DNA from: Schaalia meyeri
GTDB lineage: Bacteria > Actinomycetota > Actinomycetes > Actinomycetales > Actinomycetaceae
Assembly (NCBI RefSeq): GCF_900105015.1
Contig: NZ_FNLK01000010.1
Span: 150,001 to 182,000 of the forward strand
DNA: 32,000 nt
Direction of reading: 5' to 3'
Shown here: one piece after another, positions 7,798 through 16,058 of the stretch
Numbering within the stretch: position 1 is the stretch's first letter
How the letters are laid out: each line of letters begins with the position of its first letter
The notes under the pieces: generated by a model
The model's database searches: none
What the model was told of the DNA's origin: nothing
What the model saw: the letters and a program-made list of their open reading frames with translations, nothing else
Made by a program: the position numbers and the translations under genes

Positions 7798-7841
7798 CAA
7801 GAGGGTGCCCCGCACGAAATCTCGTGCGGGGCACCCTCTTG
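7798..7841. terminator. Bidirectional intrinsic terminator hairpin between convergent genes
   Basis: A perfect 20-bp stem, caagagggtgccccgcacga (7798-7817) paired with tcgtgcggggcaccctcttg (7822-7841), with loop aatc. It lies between the stop of the His-rich gene (7686) and the trkA stop (7853). Confidence 0.8.
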
Positions 7842-7852
7842 CGACGGAAGCC

Positions 7853-8530
7853 CTAAGGTCGGTTCGCGAAATACTCTAAAAGGTGCGAATCACCTGAGAC
7901 GATGATTTCGTCGTCGGCGTTGATCCGCGTTGACGCGTCCGCGTACTCGAAACGATGCTTTGGATGACGAATGGCCAGCACGTTCACGCCGTAACGGCCA
8001 CGCAGATCCAGCTCCTGAAGCGAAAAGCCGTGAACCTCCTGCGGAGGACGCAGCTTCATGATTGAAAATCCGTTTTTCTCCATCTCGATGTAGTCCACCA
8101 TGCGGCCGCCCACGAGGTGCGCCGTGCGTTTGCCCGCATCCAAGTCCGGGTACACGACGTGGTGCGCCCCGACGCGGCGCAGGATGCGCCCGTGCTGCGA
8201 CGACGTCGCCTTTACCCAGATCGACGAGATTCCCATGTCGACCAGGTTCGCGGTGATCAGCACCGCCGCCTCCAAGGACGAACCCACGCCCACGACGGCG
8301 CTGCGGAACTCCCGGGCCCCCAGCTGCTCCAGCGCATCCTTCGACGTCGCATCGGCCTCGACCAGGGGGAAGCGTCCTGCGAACGCCTGCACGCGTGCGG
8401 GGTTCTTTTCGACTGCCAAGATCTCGTACCCCAGCTGATCCTGCGTCACCGCCACAGCAGAACCGAAACGTCCCAACCCAATGACCAGCGTTCCCGACTG
8501 GAGTTCCTTTGACTCGCGTTCATCTGTCAT
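7853..8530 (-). CDS. trkA: TrkA/KtrA-family potassium uptake protein (RCK/NAD-binding subunit)
   Basis: 225 aa with the Rossmann motif VIGLGRFGSAVA near the N-terminus and a C-terminal RCK_C-like segment (...RINADDEIIVSGDSHLLEYF). It lies downstream of trkH on the same strand. Confidence 0.85.
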   Translation of the reverse strand: MTDERESKELQSGTLVIGLGRFGSAVAVTQDQLGYEILAVEKNPARVQAFAGRFPLVEADATSKDALEQLGAREFRSAVVGVGSSLEAAVLITANLVDMGISSIWVKATSSQHGRILRRVGAHHVVYPDLDAGKRTAHLVGGRMVDYIEMEKNGFSIMKLRPPQEVHGFSLQELDLRGRYGVNVLAIRHPKHRFEYADASTRINADDEIIVSGDSHLLEYFANRP

Positions 8531-8909
8531 GCCCCCATTCTTCCCTGAGCACGCGCTATACGCGAATGGGAACCAAGCGACGAGCTTGCCCGGAACGAAC
8601 GGGTAATTGCCTGACTGGATGCCGTGAAACGGCGTGAAACGCGCGATATCTGCGCCGCTGCAGGGCTGTGATGCCGCGACTCGGTGTTGGTTTTCTGCCT
8701 CACCGATGTGGTGACACGTCAGAATGAGGGCGTGGTGAAACCTGCACCGCCCCTGCTTGGCTGAAGCGGCTTAATTCTGGTGTTTTTCGTGCTGCCGGGG
8801 CTATGCCGGTTTCACGCGACGGAGACGGCACAAGCCGCGCCCCCGATGCCGGGCGGCGTCGAGCCAGAGGGCGGCGAGATGGCTGCCTCACGCCCGTGCC
8901 GTCATCGCC

Positions 8910-10472
8910 TCAACCGATGATCGGCTGCTCCTGAGGCATGCGGATGACGCGAGAACGCTCGCGCAGGGCGAGGGCGGCCGCGACGGTCATGGATCCCGTG
9001 CGTCCAGCGAACATCAGGACGATGAGCACGTACTTTGCGCCAACCGGCAGAACGGGCGTGACGCCGGTGGTAAGGCCCACCGTGGCAAACGCCGAGATGG
9101 CCTCAAAGAGGATGACGTCGAGCGTGTAATCCGTCATGGACAGCAGCAGGACGACGGAAACGGTCACAAAGGCCAGGCCCAGGAGCGACACGGCGACGGA
9201 GAGGCGGACGGCGGACGTGGGGATACGGCGGCCAAAGGCTTCAACGTCGCGGTCGCCTCGGGCTTCCGCGATGACGGCCAGCACCAGCACGGCGAAGGTC
9301 GTGACCTTGATGCCGCCGGCTGTGGACGCGGAGCCGCCCCCGATCAGCATGAGGACGTCCTGGACGAAGTGGGTTTGCGAACGCATGGCGCCGACGTCAA
9401 GCGCGGACAGCCCAGATGAACGCGAGTTGACGCCCGCCAACAGGGCATTGAGGATCTTTGAAGGGGTGTCGATGGCGCCGAGGGTGGTGGGGTTGTGCCA
9501 CTCGGTGAGCGCGAGCGCCACCACGCCCACGAAGGCGAGAGCCAGGTACGTGGAGAGCGTCAGCTTGGTGTGAAGCCGCCAGCGGCGCGGGGAACGCAGA
9601 TGCGTGGTGACGTCCATGATCACAGGGAACCCGATGGCGCCAACGGTGGAACCCAGGATGATGGGGACCAACATCCACCAGTCGGTAACGTGGGGTGCGA
9701 GCCCTCCGGGCAGGATGACGAATCCGGCGTTGTTGAAAACGGAGATCGCCATAAACAGAGCATTCCAGATGGCGCGCACGGGGTCGAGGCCCAAGGCGAG
9801 GAAACGAGGCAGGAAGATCGCGGCCAGGAGGATCTGCATGGTGAGGGAGGTCGCGATCACGGCCTTGAGGAGAGTGGAGATCTGTCCCATGGCTCCGGTC
9901 TTGTACTCCTGCGTGGCGAGCATCCGCTGGGTCAGGCCGAGGTGGCGCGACACCGCGAAACTGAGGATCGACGCGAGGGTCATGACGCCCAGGCCGCCCA
10001 CGACGATGCCGAAAGCGATGACGGCTTGACCGAATGGTGACCAGTAGGTAGCAGTGTCGACGGTTGTGAGGCCGGTGACGCAGACGGCAGAGACGGCGGT
10101 GAAGAAGACATCAACGAAGGGTGCAGGGGCGTCGGAAGCGGATGCGATGGGTAGCATCAGCAGCATGGTGATAACCCCGATAATGAGCGCAAAAGTGCCG
10201 ATTGCGAGGCGCGCGGGCGAGTAGCGGGCCTGCCGGGAGAGCCAGGCGCGCACGCGCTGGGCGTTGGAGGTGGGCACCTGGGGATGCGGGCCACGGGGGC
10301 CACCCCGGACGGGGCGGACGATGGGGGATGGCTGCGGACTGATGGTTTCCGCTGAAATCACGGGGGACGAAGCCGTGGCTCGTCCACGGATCAGGGAACG
10401 CGTGGCACCGGGTTCGGTGCGCAGGCGGGAGCTGTGTGCTGGCGGTTTCCGCCTGTTGTGTGCCGGTGCCAT
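8910..10472 (-). CDS. trkH: TrkH/KtrB-family potassium transporter membrane subunit
   Basis: A polytopic membrane protein with characteristic TrkH segments (FFTAVSAVCVTGLTTVD, VFNNAGFVILPGG, GGGSASTAGGIKVTTF, SAFATVGLTTG). The Pro/Arg-rich N-terminal ~90 aa may not all be translated, so the start is uncertain. Confidence 0.85.
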   Translation of the reverse strand: MAPAHNRRKPPAHSSRLRTEPGATRSLIRGRATASSPVISAETISPQPSPIVRPVRGGPRGPHPQVPTSNAQRVRAWLSRQARYSPARLAIGTFALIIGVITMLLMLPIASASDAPAPFVDVFFTAVSAVCVTGLTTVDTATYWSPFGQAVIAFGIVVGGLGVMTLASILSFAVSRHLGLTQRMLATQEYKTGAMGQISTLLKAVIATSLTMQILLAAIFLPRFLALGLDPVRAIWNALFMAISVFNNAGFVILPGGLAPHVTDWWMLVPIILGSTVGAIGFPVIMDVTTHLRSPRRWRLHTKLTLSTYLALAFVGVVALALTEWHNPTTLGAIDTPSKILNALLAGVNSRSSGLSALDVGAMRSQTHFVQDVLMLIGGGSASTAGGIKVTTFAVLVLAVIAEARGDRDVEAFGRRIPTSAVRLSVAVSLLGLAFVTVSVVLLLSMTDYTLDVILFEAISAFATVGLTTGVTPVLPVGAKYVLIVLMFAGRTGSMTVAAALALRERSRVIRMPQEQPIIG

Positions 10473-10610
10473 CGCTGCTCCTTAACGACTCTGCAACAAA
10501 CGTGGATAAAGTTGCAGTTTCCACGTGGTTGGGCAGTAGTATATTTCGTGAGGCTACGTAAGCGGTGAACGAATCGGGTTTAGCGCGCCTCGCGAGCATA
10601 CTGGGAGTCA

Positions 10611-10832
10611 TTGATGGAACAGCAGTCGGCGCCGCGTTTTATGACTGTCACAGAAGTGGCGGACATCATGCGCGTCTCTAAAATGACTGTGTACCGGTTG
10701 ATTCACAGCGGTGAGATGCCCGCGATTCGCGTAGGAAAAAGCTTCCGAGTCCCGGAGGCTGCGGTCGCTCAGATGATTCAGGCGGGTACGGCTGATCGCT
10801 CCGGTGGCCAGGCTCGCGTCATTGGCGGGTAG
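10611..10832 (+). CDS. Small excisionase-family helix-turn-helix DNA-binding protein (conserved actinobacterial partner of bS22, Rv0500A-like)
   Basis: MTVTEVADIMRVSKMTVYRLIHSGEMPAIRVGKSFRVPEAAV is a canonical excisionase/MerR-type HTH. It lies immediately upstream of the bS22 mini-gene, as in mycobacteria. The start is TTG at 10611 or ATG at 10614. Confidence 0.8.
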   Translation: MMEQQSAPRFMTVTEVADIMRVSKMTVYRLIHSGEMPAIRVGKSFRVPEAAVAQMIQAGTADRSGGQARVIGG

Positions 10833-10916
10833 TATAGGCACGATGTGCTCGTCTCGAGCACCCATCATCCATTAGCGGTAGTATCGCTGCCGCCCACACC
10901 ACCAGGGAGGAACCCC

Positions 10917-11015
10917 ATGGGCTCCGTCATCAAGAAGCGCCGCAAGCGCATGGCGAAGAAGAAGCACCGCAAGCTCCTGCGCAAGACGCGTCACCAGCGT
11001 CGCAACAAGAAGTGA
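10917..11015 (+). CDS. 30S ribosomal protein bS22 (32-aa Lys/Arg-rich mini-protein)
   Basis: My own translation is ATG 10917 ... TGA 11013-11015 = [32 protein letters not shown]. An AGGGAGG Shine-Dalgarno lies 6 nt upstream. It closely resembles the mycobacterial bS22 (Rv0500B-type) sequence. It is too short for the ORF track. Confidence 0.8.
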   Translation: MGSVIKKRRKRMAKKKHRKLLRKTRHQRRNKK

Positions 11016-11022
11016 GCGAGCG

Positions 11023-11048
11023 GAGGCCCGGCCATTTGGCCGGGCCTC
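11023..11048 (+). terminator. Intrinsic terminator hairpin after bS22
   Basis: A perfect 11-bp GC-rich stem, gaggcccggcc (11023-11033) paired with ggccgggcctc (11038-11048), with loop attt. It starts 8 nt after the stop codon. There is no U-tract, as is common in Actinobacteria. Confidence 0.6.
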
Positions 11049-11079
11049 ACGTGTGTCCGAAGTCCTATACTTGTTTCTC

Positions 11080-11748
11080 ATGGACCGCACCATTATTCAC
11101 GTTATGCGCCACGGCGAGGTGGACAACCCGAACGGTGTTTTGTACGGCAGGCTGCCGGGTTTTGGGTTGACGGAGCTGGGGCATCGGATGGCGGAGCGCG
11201 CCGCCACATACCTGGTGGATTCGGGAGCTGACATTGCCCGCGTGATCTCATCGCCGCTGCTGCGCGCGCAGTTGACGGCGGCTCCCACGGCCGCGGCGTA
11301 CGGGCTGACCATCGAGTCGGATTCGCGTCTGATCGAGTCGGATAACGTCTTTGAGGGCCTGCCGGTGAACTCGAATCGCGCGATGCTGGCGAACCCGAAG
11401 TACTTTAAGTACTACCTCAATCCGCTGCGGCCCTCGTGGGGCGAACCGTATCGGGACATCGCCTCGCGCATGAGCGCGGCCCTGTCGTCGGCGTTGCGTG
11501 AGGCCAGGGGGCGCGAGGCGCTCGTCGTGTCGCACCAAAACCCCATCGTGACGCTGACGCGTTTCGTCGACGGGCAGCCGCTGGCGCATTCTCCGAAGCA
11601 TCGACACTGCGCGCTGGCGTCGATCACCTCGTTCATTTTTGCGGGGGCGACGCTGGTGGGTACCTCCTACGCGGAACCGGCCGCCGACCTGGTGGCCGTG
11701 GCGCGCGATATGACGCCGGGCGATTCGGCGGCGGATCTGCGCCGCTAG
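11080..11748 (+). CDS. Histidine phosphatase family protein (phosphoglycerate mutase-like)
   Basis: The RHG catalytic motif (IIHVMRHGEVDNP) is followed by LTELGHRMAE and a C-terminal SHQNPI histidine motif. I prefer ATG 11080 (MDRTIIHV...) over the track's GTG at 11053, which would overlap the terminator hairpin. Confidence 0.8.
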   Translation: MDRTIIHVMRHGEVDNPNGVLYGRLPGFGLTELGHRMAERAATYLVDSGADIARVISSPLLRAQLTAAPTAAAYGLTIESDSRLIESDNVFEGLPVNSNRAMLANPKYFKYYLNPLRPSWGEPYRDIASRMSAALSSALREARGREALVVSHQNPIVTLTRFVDGQPLAHSPKHRHCALASITSFIFAGATLVGTSYAEPAADLVAVARDMTPGDSAADLRR

Positions 11749-12125
11749 AGCCCCTCGCTCTGGCCCTCGCCAGCGGCCGGGGGATTACCGTTGCCTTCTT
11801 CGCGTTTGCGGCGCTCTTCTTCGCGTCGCTTGCGCTGGATGTCGCGCTCCAGGCGGAACAGGAAGTCCGGGTCGTCGTCGGGGGCGGCGGGCCGCTCGGG
11901 GGTCGCGGCGCGGGACTGTCGAGCCTTTTCGGCGCGCGCCACCCAGCGCAGAACCAACCACACGATGGGACCGATGGCGGCGAGCGTGGCGGTAAAAAGG
12001 ATGATGAGCAGCCAGATGGGCTTGGCGAGCTTGCCGGGCATCTCCTCTTCGGGCGTGCGATGCCAGTCTGCGGCCGCGTAGATGGTGAGCGCGAGCATCG
12101 CGACAAACAAGACAATCCTGACCAT
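11745..12125 (-). CDS. Small two-TM membrane protein, PLD-nuclease-N-terminal (PLDc_N)-like, with a charged C-terminal tail
   Basis: There are two hydrophobic helices (IVLFVAMLALTIYAAADW; PIWLLIILFTATLAAIGPIVWLVL) followed by a Arg/Glu-rich tail. The pattern resembles PLDc_N domain proteins common in Actinobacteria. Confidence 0.6.
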   Translation of the reverse strand: MVRIVLFVAMLALTIYAAADWHRTPEEEMPGKLAKPIWLLIILFTATLAAIGPIVWLVLRWVARAEKARQSRAATPERPAAPDDDPDFLFRLERDIQRKRREEERRKREEGNGNPPAAGEGQSEGL

Positions 12126-12199
12126 GCCCCTAGTCTAAGGGGAGTGGGTTGCCTCACGCCGAGCCGTTCACTCCCGGGGCAATCGGGGGCGCGTGGGAC

Positions 12200-13105
12200 C
12201 TAGTCGCGCGTGACCGTGGGGAGCGCCGCGTACGAGGGGGCGGCGCCCGAAACCAGGACGGCGGTGGATCCCGCTCGCATGCCGTCGGCGACGGCCTGGT
12301 TAAAGGGCTTGCCCAGCGCCATGGCGGCGGCCAGCGCACCCACGCACGCGTCCCCCGCTCCGGTGGTATCCACGACCTCGCCCAGGGAGAGTGCTGGGCA
12401 GTGTTCGGCTTGACTGCCTGACGCCCACGCTGCCCCGTCGGCCCCCAGGGTCACCATGATGTGCCGAGGTCCCAGGCCTCGTAGCGCCCAGAGGATACCG
12501 ATCGCTTCGGTGGGCGTCGCCGGTGCGGGCATACCCAGGGCCAGCCCCGCCTCAGTTTCGTTGACGACCAAAACGTCGACGCGAGCCAAGAGGTCGGCAT
12601 CCGTGGGCCGCGCCGGGGCCAGGTTGAGCATGACTGTCGCGCCGAAAGAGTGCGCCCACTCCAGGGCGGCGGCGTTTGCCTCGGCGGGAATCTCCGCCTG
12701 GAGCACGACGATATCGGAAGGATCGGGGACCAACGAGGCCCGGGCGTGCTCGATCGTGGCCGCGCTGTTTGCGCCCGCGTCCACAATGATCGTATTCTCC
12801 CCGGAGGCGGAAACGGTGATGAGGGCGGTCCCGGTGGGGCCGCTGGCCTCGCGCAGGTGCGTAACATCTACGCCGTGGGAAGCCAGGTCTGTGCGCAGAC
12901 GCTGTCCGGACAGGTCGGAGCCGACCGCGCCGACGAAGACGACAGGCGCGCCGGAGTGCGCGGCCGCCGCCGCTTGGTTCGCTCCTTTTCCGCCGAGGCT
13001 GTAGGCGAGCGACGTGCCTGAGAGAGTTTCGCCGGGGGCGGGGAACCGGTCGACTGTGACCGTGATGTCCTGGTTGATGGAACCGACGACGATAACGCGT
13101 GCCAT
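12200..13105 (-). CDS. rbsK: Ribokinase (PfkB family)
   Basis: The N-terminus VIVVGSINQDITV...PGETL...GGKGANQA matches ribokinase, and the PfkB signature DTTGAGDACVGALA lies near the C-terminus. The protein is 301 aa. Confidence 0.85.
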   Translation of the reverse strand: MARVIVVGSINQDITVTVDRFPAPGETLSGTSLAYSLGGKGANQAAAAAHSGAPVVFVGAVGSDLSGQRLRTDLASHGVDVTHLREASGPTGTALITVSASGENTIIVDAGANSAATIEHARASLVPDPSDIVVLQAEIPAEANAAALEWAHSFGATVMLNLAPARPTDADLLARVDVLVVNETEAGLALGMPAPATPTEAIGILWALRGLGPRHIMVTLGADGAAWASGSQAEHCPALSLGEVVDTTGAGDACVGALAAAMALGKPFNQAVADGMRAGSTAVLVSGAAPSYAALPTVTRD

Positions 13106-13368
13106 GGGCGCTCCTTTGCGAGGGGTTACTCAATTGTGCCATGCCCCGGCGGCGGGTGGTGATATGGAACAGGCGAAAAGCGGGACGCCTCAATTGTGCG
13201 CTAGATTCCTGCAATTTGCCTCGAGGTGCGCCCTGTGGTGAACTATGCACCGTGCGTATCCTCCGCTTTCTCATCACGTCGCGCGCCGCAGGCCCGACCT
13301 GCCGCGTCGCTGCCCCCTCCTCGCGGGGGGCCATCGAGGGGAGCGCGGACTCTGCGCCCTCAATCGAC

Positions 13369-14691
13369 ATGAGCCAGGTAGCCACCGACGGCGACCTGGC
13401 GGACGGCCCCGCGCGGGTGCTCCTGCCGCTCCTGGGAATCTTCATGCTGGGTACCGTCGTGCTGCAGGGCTTTAATCTGGTGTACCTACGCGTCGCGCAA
13501 GATATCGGCGCGGGGGACGCGTCCGGCCTGATCACCGCGATACCCGGCATCGTGCTGGGCGTCGCTTGTTTTCTCTACGGCACCCTGGGCGACTTCATCC
13601 CGCTGCGCCGCATCGTCGACGTGGGCGTCGGGCTGATCATCGTTGGTTCGCTCCTCGGTTTCGCCCTGTCCACATCGCTGGTCGGCGTCATCGTTGCGCG
13701 CGCCCTCCAGACGCTGGGATACCAGGCCGCGGCATCCGTGTACATGATCCTGGCGACCTCCATCCGAAATCCCAAACGACGAGGCATCTACATCGGCCTG
13801 TTCTGTGCCGCATTCCAGGGCGGAACCGCCATCGGCATACTGTCCGGCGGTTTTCTCGCCGACATCAACTGGTCGATCCTGTTCCTGATTCCGCTGGTCG
13901 GCCTGGCCTTCCTGCCCATCATGGGCAGGCGCGTCCCCGCCCGCGCGCACGCAGGACACGTCGATGTGATTGGCCTCGCGATCTTCTCCGCCTGCGCGCT
14001 GCTGCTCACCCTGGTCGCCACCCACCCGCGCTGGTGGCTCATCGCCGGACTTATCCTGGGGGTGGCCGTGTTCTGGCAATACATCGGGCATGCTCGCGCC
14101 CCCTTCATCACACGGTCCTTCTTTACGAACGTGCCGTGGGTTCGATCAATCAGCCTCATCCTCATCGCCTACTGCACGAACTACGCGATAGCGCCCCTCA
14201 TGAACGGCATCGGTTCTGGCTACTATGGCCTGAGCCCAGCCCAGGTGTCCGTGCGCCTCCTGCCGACCTACTGCCTGGCCTTGGCCGCCGCATTGAGTTC
14301 GAGTGCCGTCATAGCGCGGATCGGGCGCGGGCGTACCGTGCGCGCAAGCATCGGCCTGATCCTATTGGGCGCGGCCCTGCTGGCGCTGTTAATCAGCGCC
14401 GGTCCGTGGGTCATCACTGCCGCCATGTGCCTCATCAACATCGGGTTTGGCGGCCTCTTCGCGCCCATCTATGACACCGTGCTTGCCACCGTTGCGCCCG
14501 GCCAGAACGGTCGAGCCGTCGCCATGAACGACCTCGCCATGCAGGGCGGCGCCGCCCTCGGCATCGGCATGCTCACTCCCTGGCTCGCCTCCGGCTATTT
14601 CCGAGCCGTCGCCGCCGCGTGCGTCCTCGCTGCCGCGACCAGCATTGTGGGCGACTGGGTTCACGAGCATCTCTACCGCAGAGGACGCTAG
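13369..14691 (+). CDS. MFS transporter
   Basis: There are about 12-14 hydrophobic segments and an MFS-like loop (IRNPKRRGIYIGLF). I place the start at ATG 13369 (MSQVATDG...). The track's 90-aa upstream extension overlaps the rbsK start and is Arg/Cys-rich, so it does not look coding. Confidence 0.8.
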   Translation: MSQVATDGDLADGPARVLLPLLGIFMLGTVVLQGFNLVYLRVAQDIGAGDASGLITAIPGIVLGVACFLYGTLGDFIPLRRIVDVGVGLIIVGSLLGFALSTSLVGVIVARALQTLGYQAAASVYMILATSIRNPKRRGIYIGLFCAAFQGGTAIGILSGGFLADINWSILFLIPLVGLAFLPIMGRRVPARAHAGHVDVIGLAIFSACALLLTLVATHPRWWLIAGLILGVAVFWQYIGHARAPFITRSFFTNVPWVRSISLILIAYCTNYAIAPLMNGIGSGYYGLSPAQVSVRLLPTYCLALAAALSSSAVIARIGRGRTVRASIGLILLGAALLALLISAGPWVITAAMCLINIGFGGLFAPIYDTVLATVAPGQNGRAVAMNDLAMQGGAALGIGMLTPWLASGYFRAVAAACVLAAATSIVGDWVHEHLYRRGR

Positions 14692-14747
14692 CGCCACGCC
14701 GTCTTGGGCAGTTTGGCCGAGTGGCGGACCCGTGATGGTATGTCGCA

Positions 14748-14836
14748 TGGTGGCGTGCAGGCGGCCCGCCCGCTAGGAGGAGGGTGCAGGCCAGGGTGGC
14801 GAGGGGTTTGGCCGTTCGTGCAGGGGGTGTGGTCAT
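14748..14836 (-). pseudogene. Truncated fourth copy of the island lipoprotein gene (signal-peptide stump only)
   Basis: Positions 14769-14838 are base-for-base identical to 15991-16060, the start of lipoprotein B including its ATGA junction. The stump reads MTTPPARTAKPLATLACTLLLAG. It then has a 1-nt indel relative to copy B, and all similarity ends by about 14748. Confidence 0.6.
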
Positions 14837-15450
14837 TTCCTTGGAGTGGTTGTCGGGTCGAACCAGTCGGGGACGCGGCCGGGCAGGTCGATGAGCCGCT
14901 TGGGGTCATCGGTGGACCCGTCACTGCGCAGGGGTTCCGTGTAGTAGGTGTAGGAGCTGTGGATATCTCGGGCGATAAGGGCGCTCACGGTGGCGCCGTA
15001 TCGTTCATTCACCCAGTAGAAGCTGACCCGCGTTTCCCCGTCGTTGGTGGTGTACTTCCTTTCCACAATTTTGAATCCGAGTGGTTCGAGGTGAGCGTTG
15101 ACGACGGAACGGAACCGGTCGACGTCGTGTTCCTCGAAGAAGTAATGGGCGGCAAACATGCTGTATAGGTACTGATTTCCGGCTGTGCTTCGGGAGATGC
15201 TGTCTTTGGCGCTGTATTTGCGGATGTTCTCGGTGGTGAGAATCTCGTTGCGTGCCGCCACAATAGCGGGCTCGATGTCGCGCTGGAAAGCCTCGATGGA
15301 CTCCATCTTGGACGCGTTGCGCAGGTTCTCAGCGTGGTGCGGGTTCATTCCTGATCCTCCAAAAAACGGTGTGCAGGCGGTGGCGCCCGCCAGGAGGAGG
15401 GTGCAGGCCAGGGCGGCGAGGAACTTGGTGGGGCGTACGTTTATTGTCAT
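14833..15450 (-). CDS. Lipoprotein, island paralogue A' (candidate immunity protein)
   Basis: 205 aa with signal peptide plus lipobox ...LACTLLLAGATAC|TPFFGG. It is about 85% identical by eye to the 16055-16663 product and shares the C-terminal block SDGSTDDPKRLIDLPGRVPDWFDP. Confidence 0.8.
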   Translation of the reverse strand: MTINVRPTKFLAALACTLLLAGATACTPFFGGSGMNPHHAENLRNASKMESIEAFQRDIEPAIVAARNEILTTENIRKYSAKDSISRSTAGNQYLYSMFAAHYFFEEHDVDRFRSVVNAHLEPLGFKIVERKYTTNDGETRVSFYWVNERYGATVSALIARDIHSSYTYYTEPLRSDGSTDDPKRLIDLPGRVPDWFDPTTTPRK

Positions 15451-15455
15451 ATGTC

Positions 15456-16058
15456 TTATTTGTGTCCGGCTGGTGGGGTTGAGGGGTCGAACCAGTCGGG
15501 GACGCGGCCGGGCAGGCCGATGAGCCGCTTGGGGTCATCGGTGGACCCATCGCTAGGAGCACGCAAGACGTAGTAGTGCACGGCGGTTTGTTCGCCTCCA
15601 ATTGTCGTGGAGGAGACGACTGCCTGGTACTGGTCATTGGTCCAGGAAAAGTCGACGAACTGTATGCCGTCTTCCGTTGTCCAGCGTTTCTCGGTCATCT
15701 TGAAGCCGAGGGGCTCGAGATGCGAGTTGTAGGTGGCTCGAATGGCGTCAGTGTCCATGTTCGCAAAGAAGTACAGACGCGAATGAAAGGAGTAGATTCT
15801 GGACCCCTCGCGCGTGTACGTGCCGATATGGTCTATGTTCTTGTATGCCATGAAGTTGTCAGCGGTCATGAGTTCGTTGCGTGCCGCGACGATGGCGGGC
15901 TCAATGTTGCGCTGGAAAGCCTCAACGGACTGAACCTTCTGATCGGGCGATTTCATAGTTCCTCCTAGGAACGGCGTGCAGGCGGTGGCGCCCGCTAGGA
16001 GGAGGGTGCAGGCCAGGGTGGCGAGGGGTTTGGCCGTTCGTGCAGGGGGTGTGGTCAT
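15456..16058 (-). CDS. Lipoprotein, island paralogue B (divergent core; candidate immunity protein)
   Basis: 200 aa with signal peptide plus lipobox MTTPPARTAKPLATLACTLLLAGATAC|TPFLGG. The segments EAFQRNIEPAIVAARNE, HLEPLGFK and the C-terminal SDGSTDDPKRLIGLPGRVPDWFDP are conserved, while the core has diverged. Its start overlaps the upstream stop (ATGA at 16055-16058). Confidence 0.8.
   Translation of the reverse strand: MTTPPARTAKPLATLACTLLLAGATACTPFLGGTMKSPDQKVQSVEAFQRNIEPAIVAARNELMTADNFMAYKNIDHIGTYTREGSRIYSFHSRLYFFANMDTDAIRATYNSHLEPLGFKMTEKRWTTEDGIQFVDFSWTNDQYQAVVSSTTIGGEQTAVHYYVLRAPSDGSTDDPKRLIGLPGRVPDWFDPSTPPAGHK

Noticed and set aside
7193-7815. ORFs of 175 aa (plus), 149 aa and 111 aa (minus) spanning the His-repeat region
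   Set aside because: These are alternative-frame or antisense readings of the 12-bp tandem repeat (TTVGTMVV... and similar). They have no start context, and they are explained by the in-frame continuation of the 6238-7686 gene.
8700-8891. A 63-aa minus-strand ORF in the trkH-trkA spacer
   Set aside because: It is Arg/Pro/Ser-rich with no ribosome-binding site and no motif, so it is more likely non-coding spacer. The spacer is reported only as a low-interest regulatory candidate.
13099-13368. The 90-codon N-terminal extension of the MFS ORF
   Set aside because: It overlaps the rbsK start codon region and is Cys/Arg-rich with no hydrophobic segment. ATG 13369 immediately precedes the first TM helices.
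14700-14760. A tRNA-like fragment (ggccgagtggc resembles a Ser/Leu tRNA D-loop) that might mark an integration site for the island
   Set aside because: I could not fold a cloverleaf. There is no acceptor stem, anticodon arm or T-loop (GTTCRANYC) in the flanking sequence. The match is too short to be meaningful.
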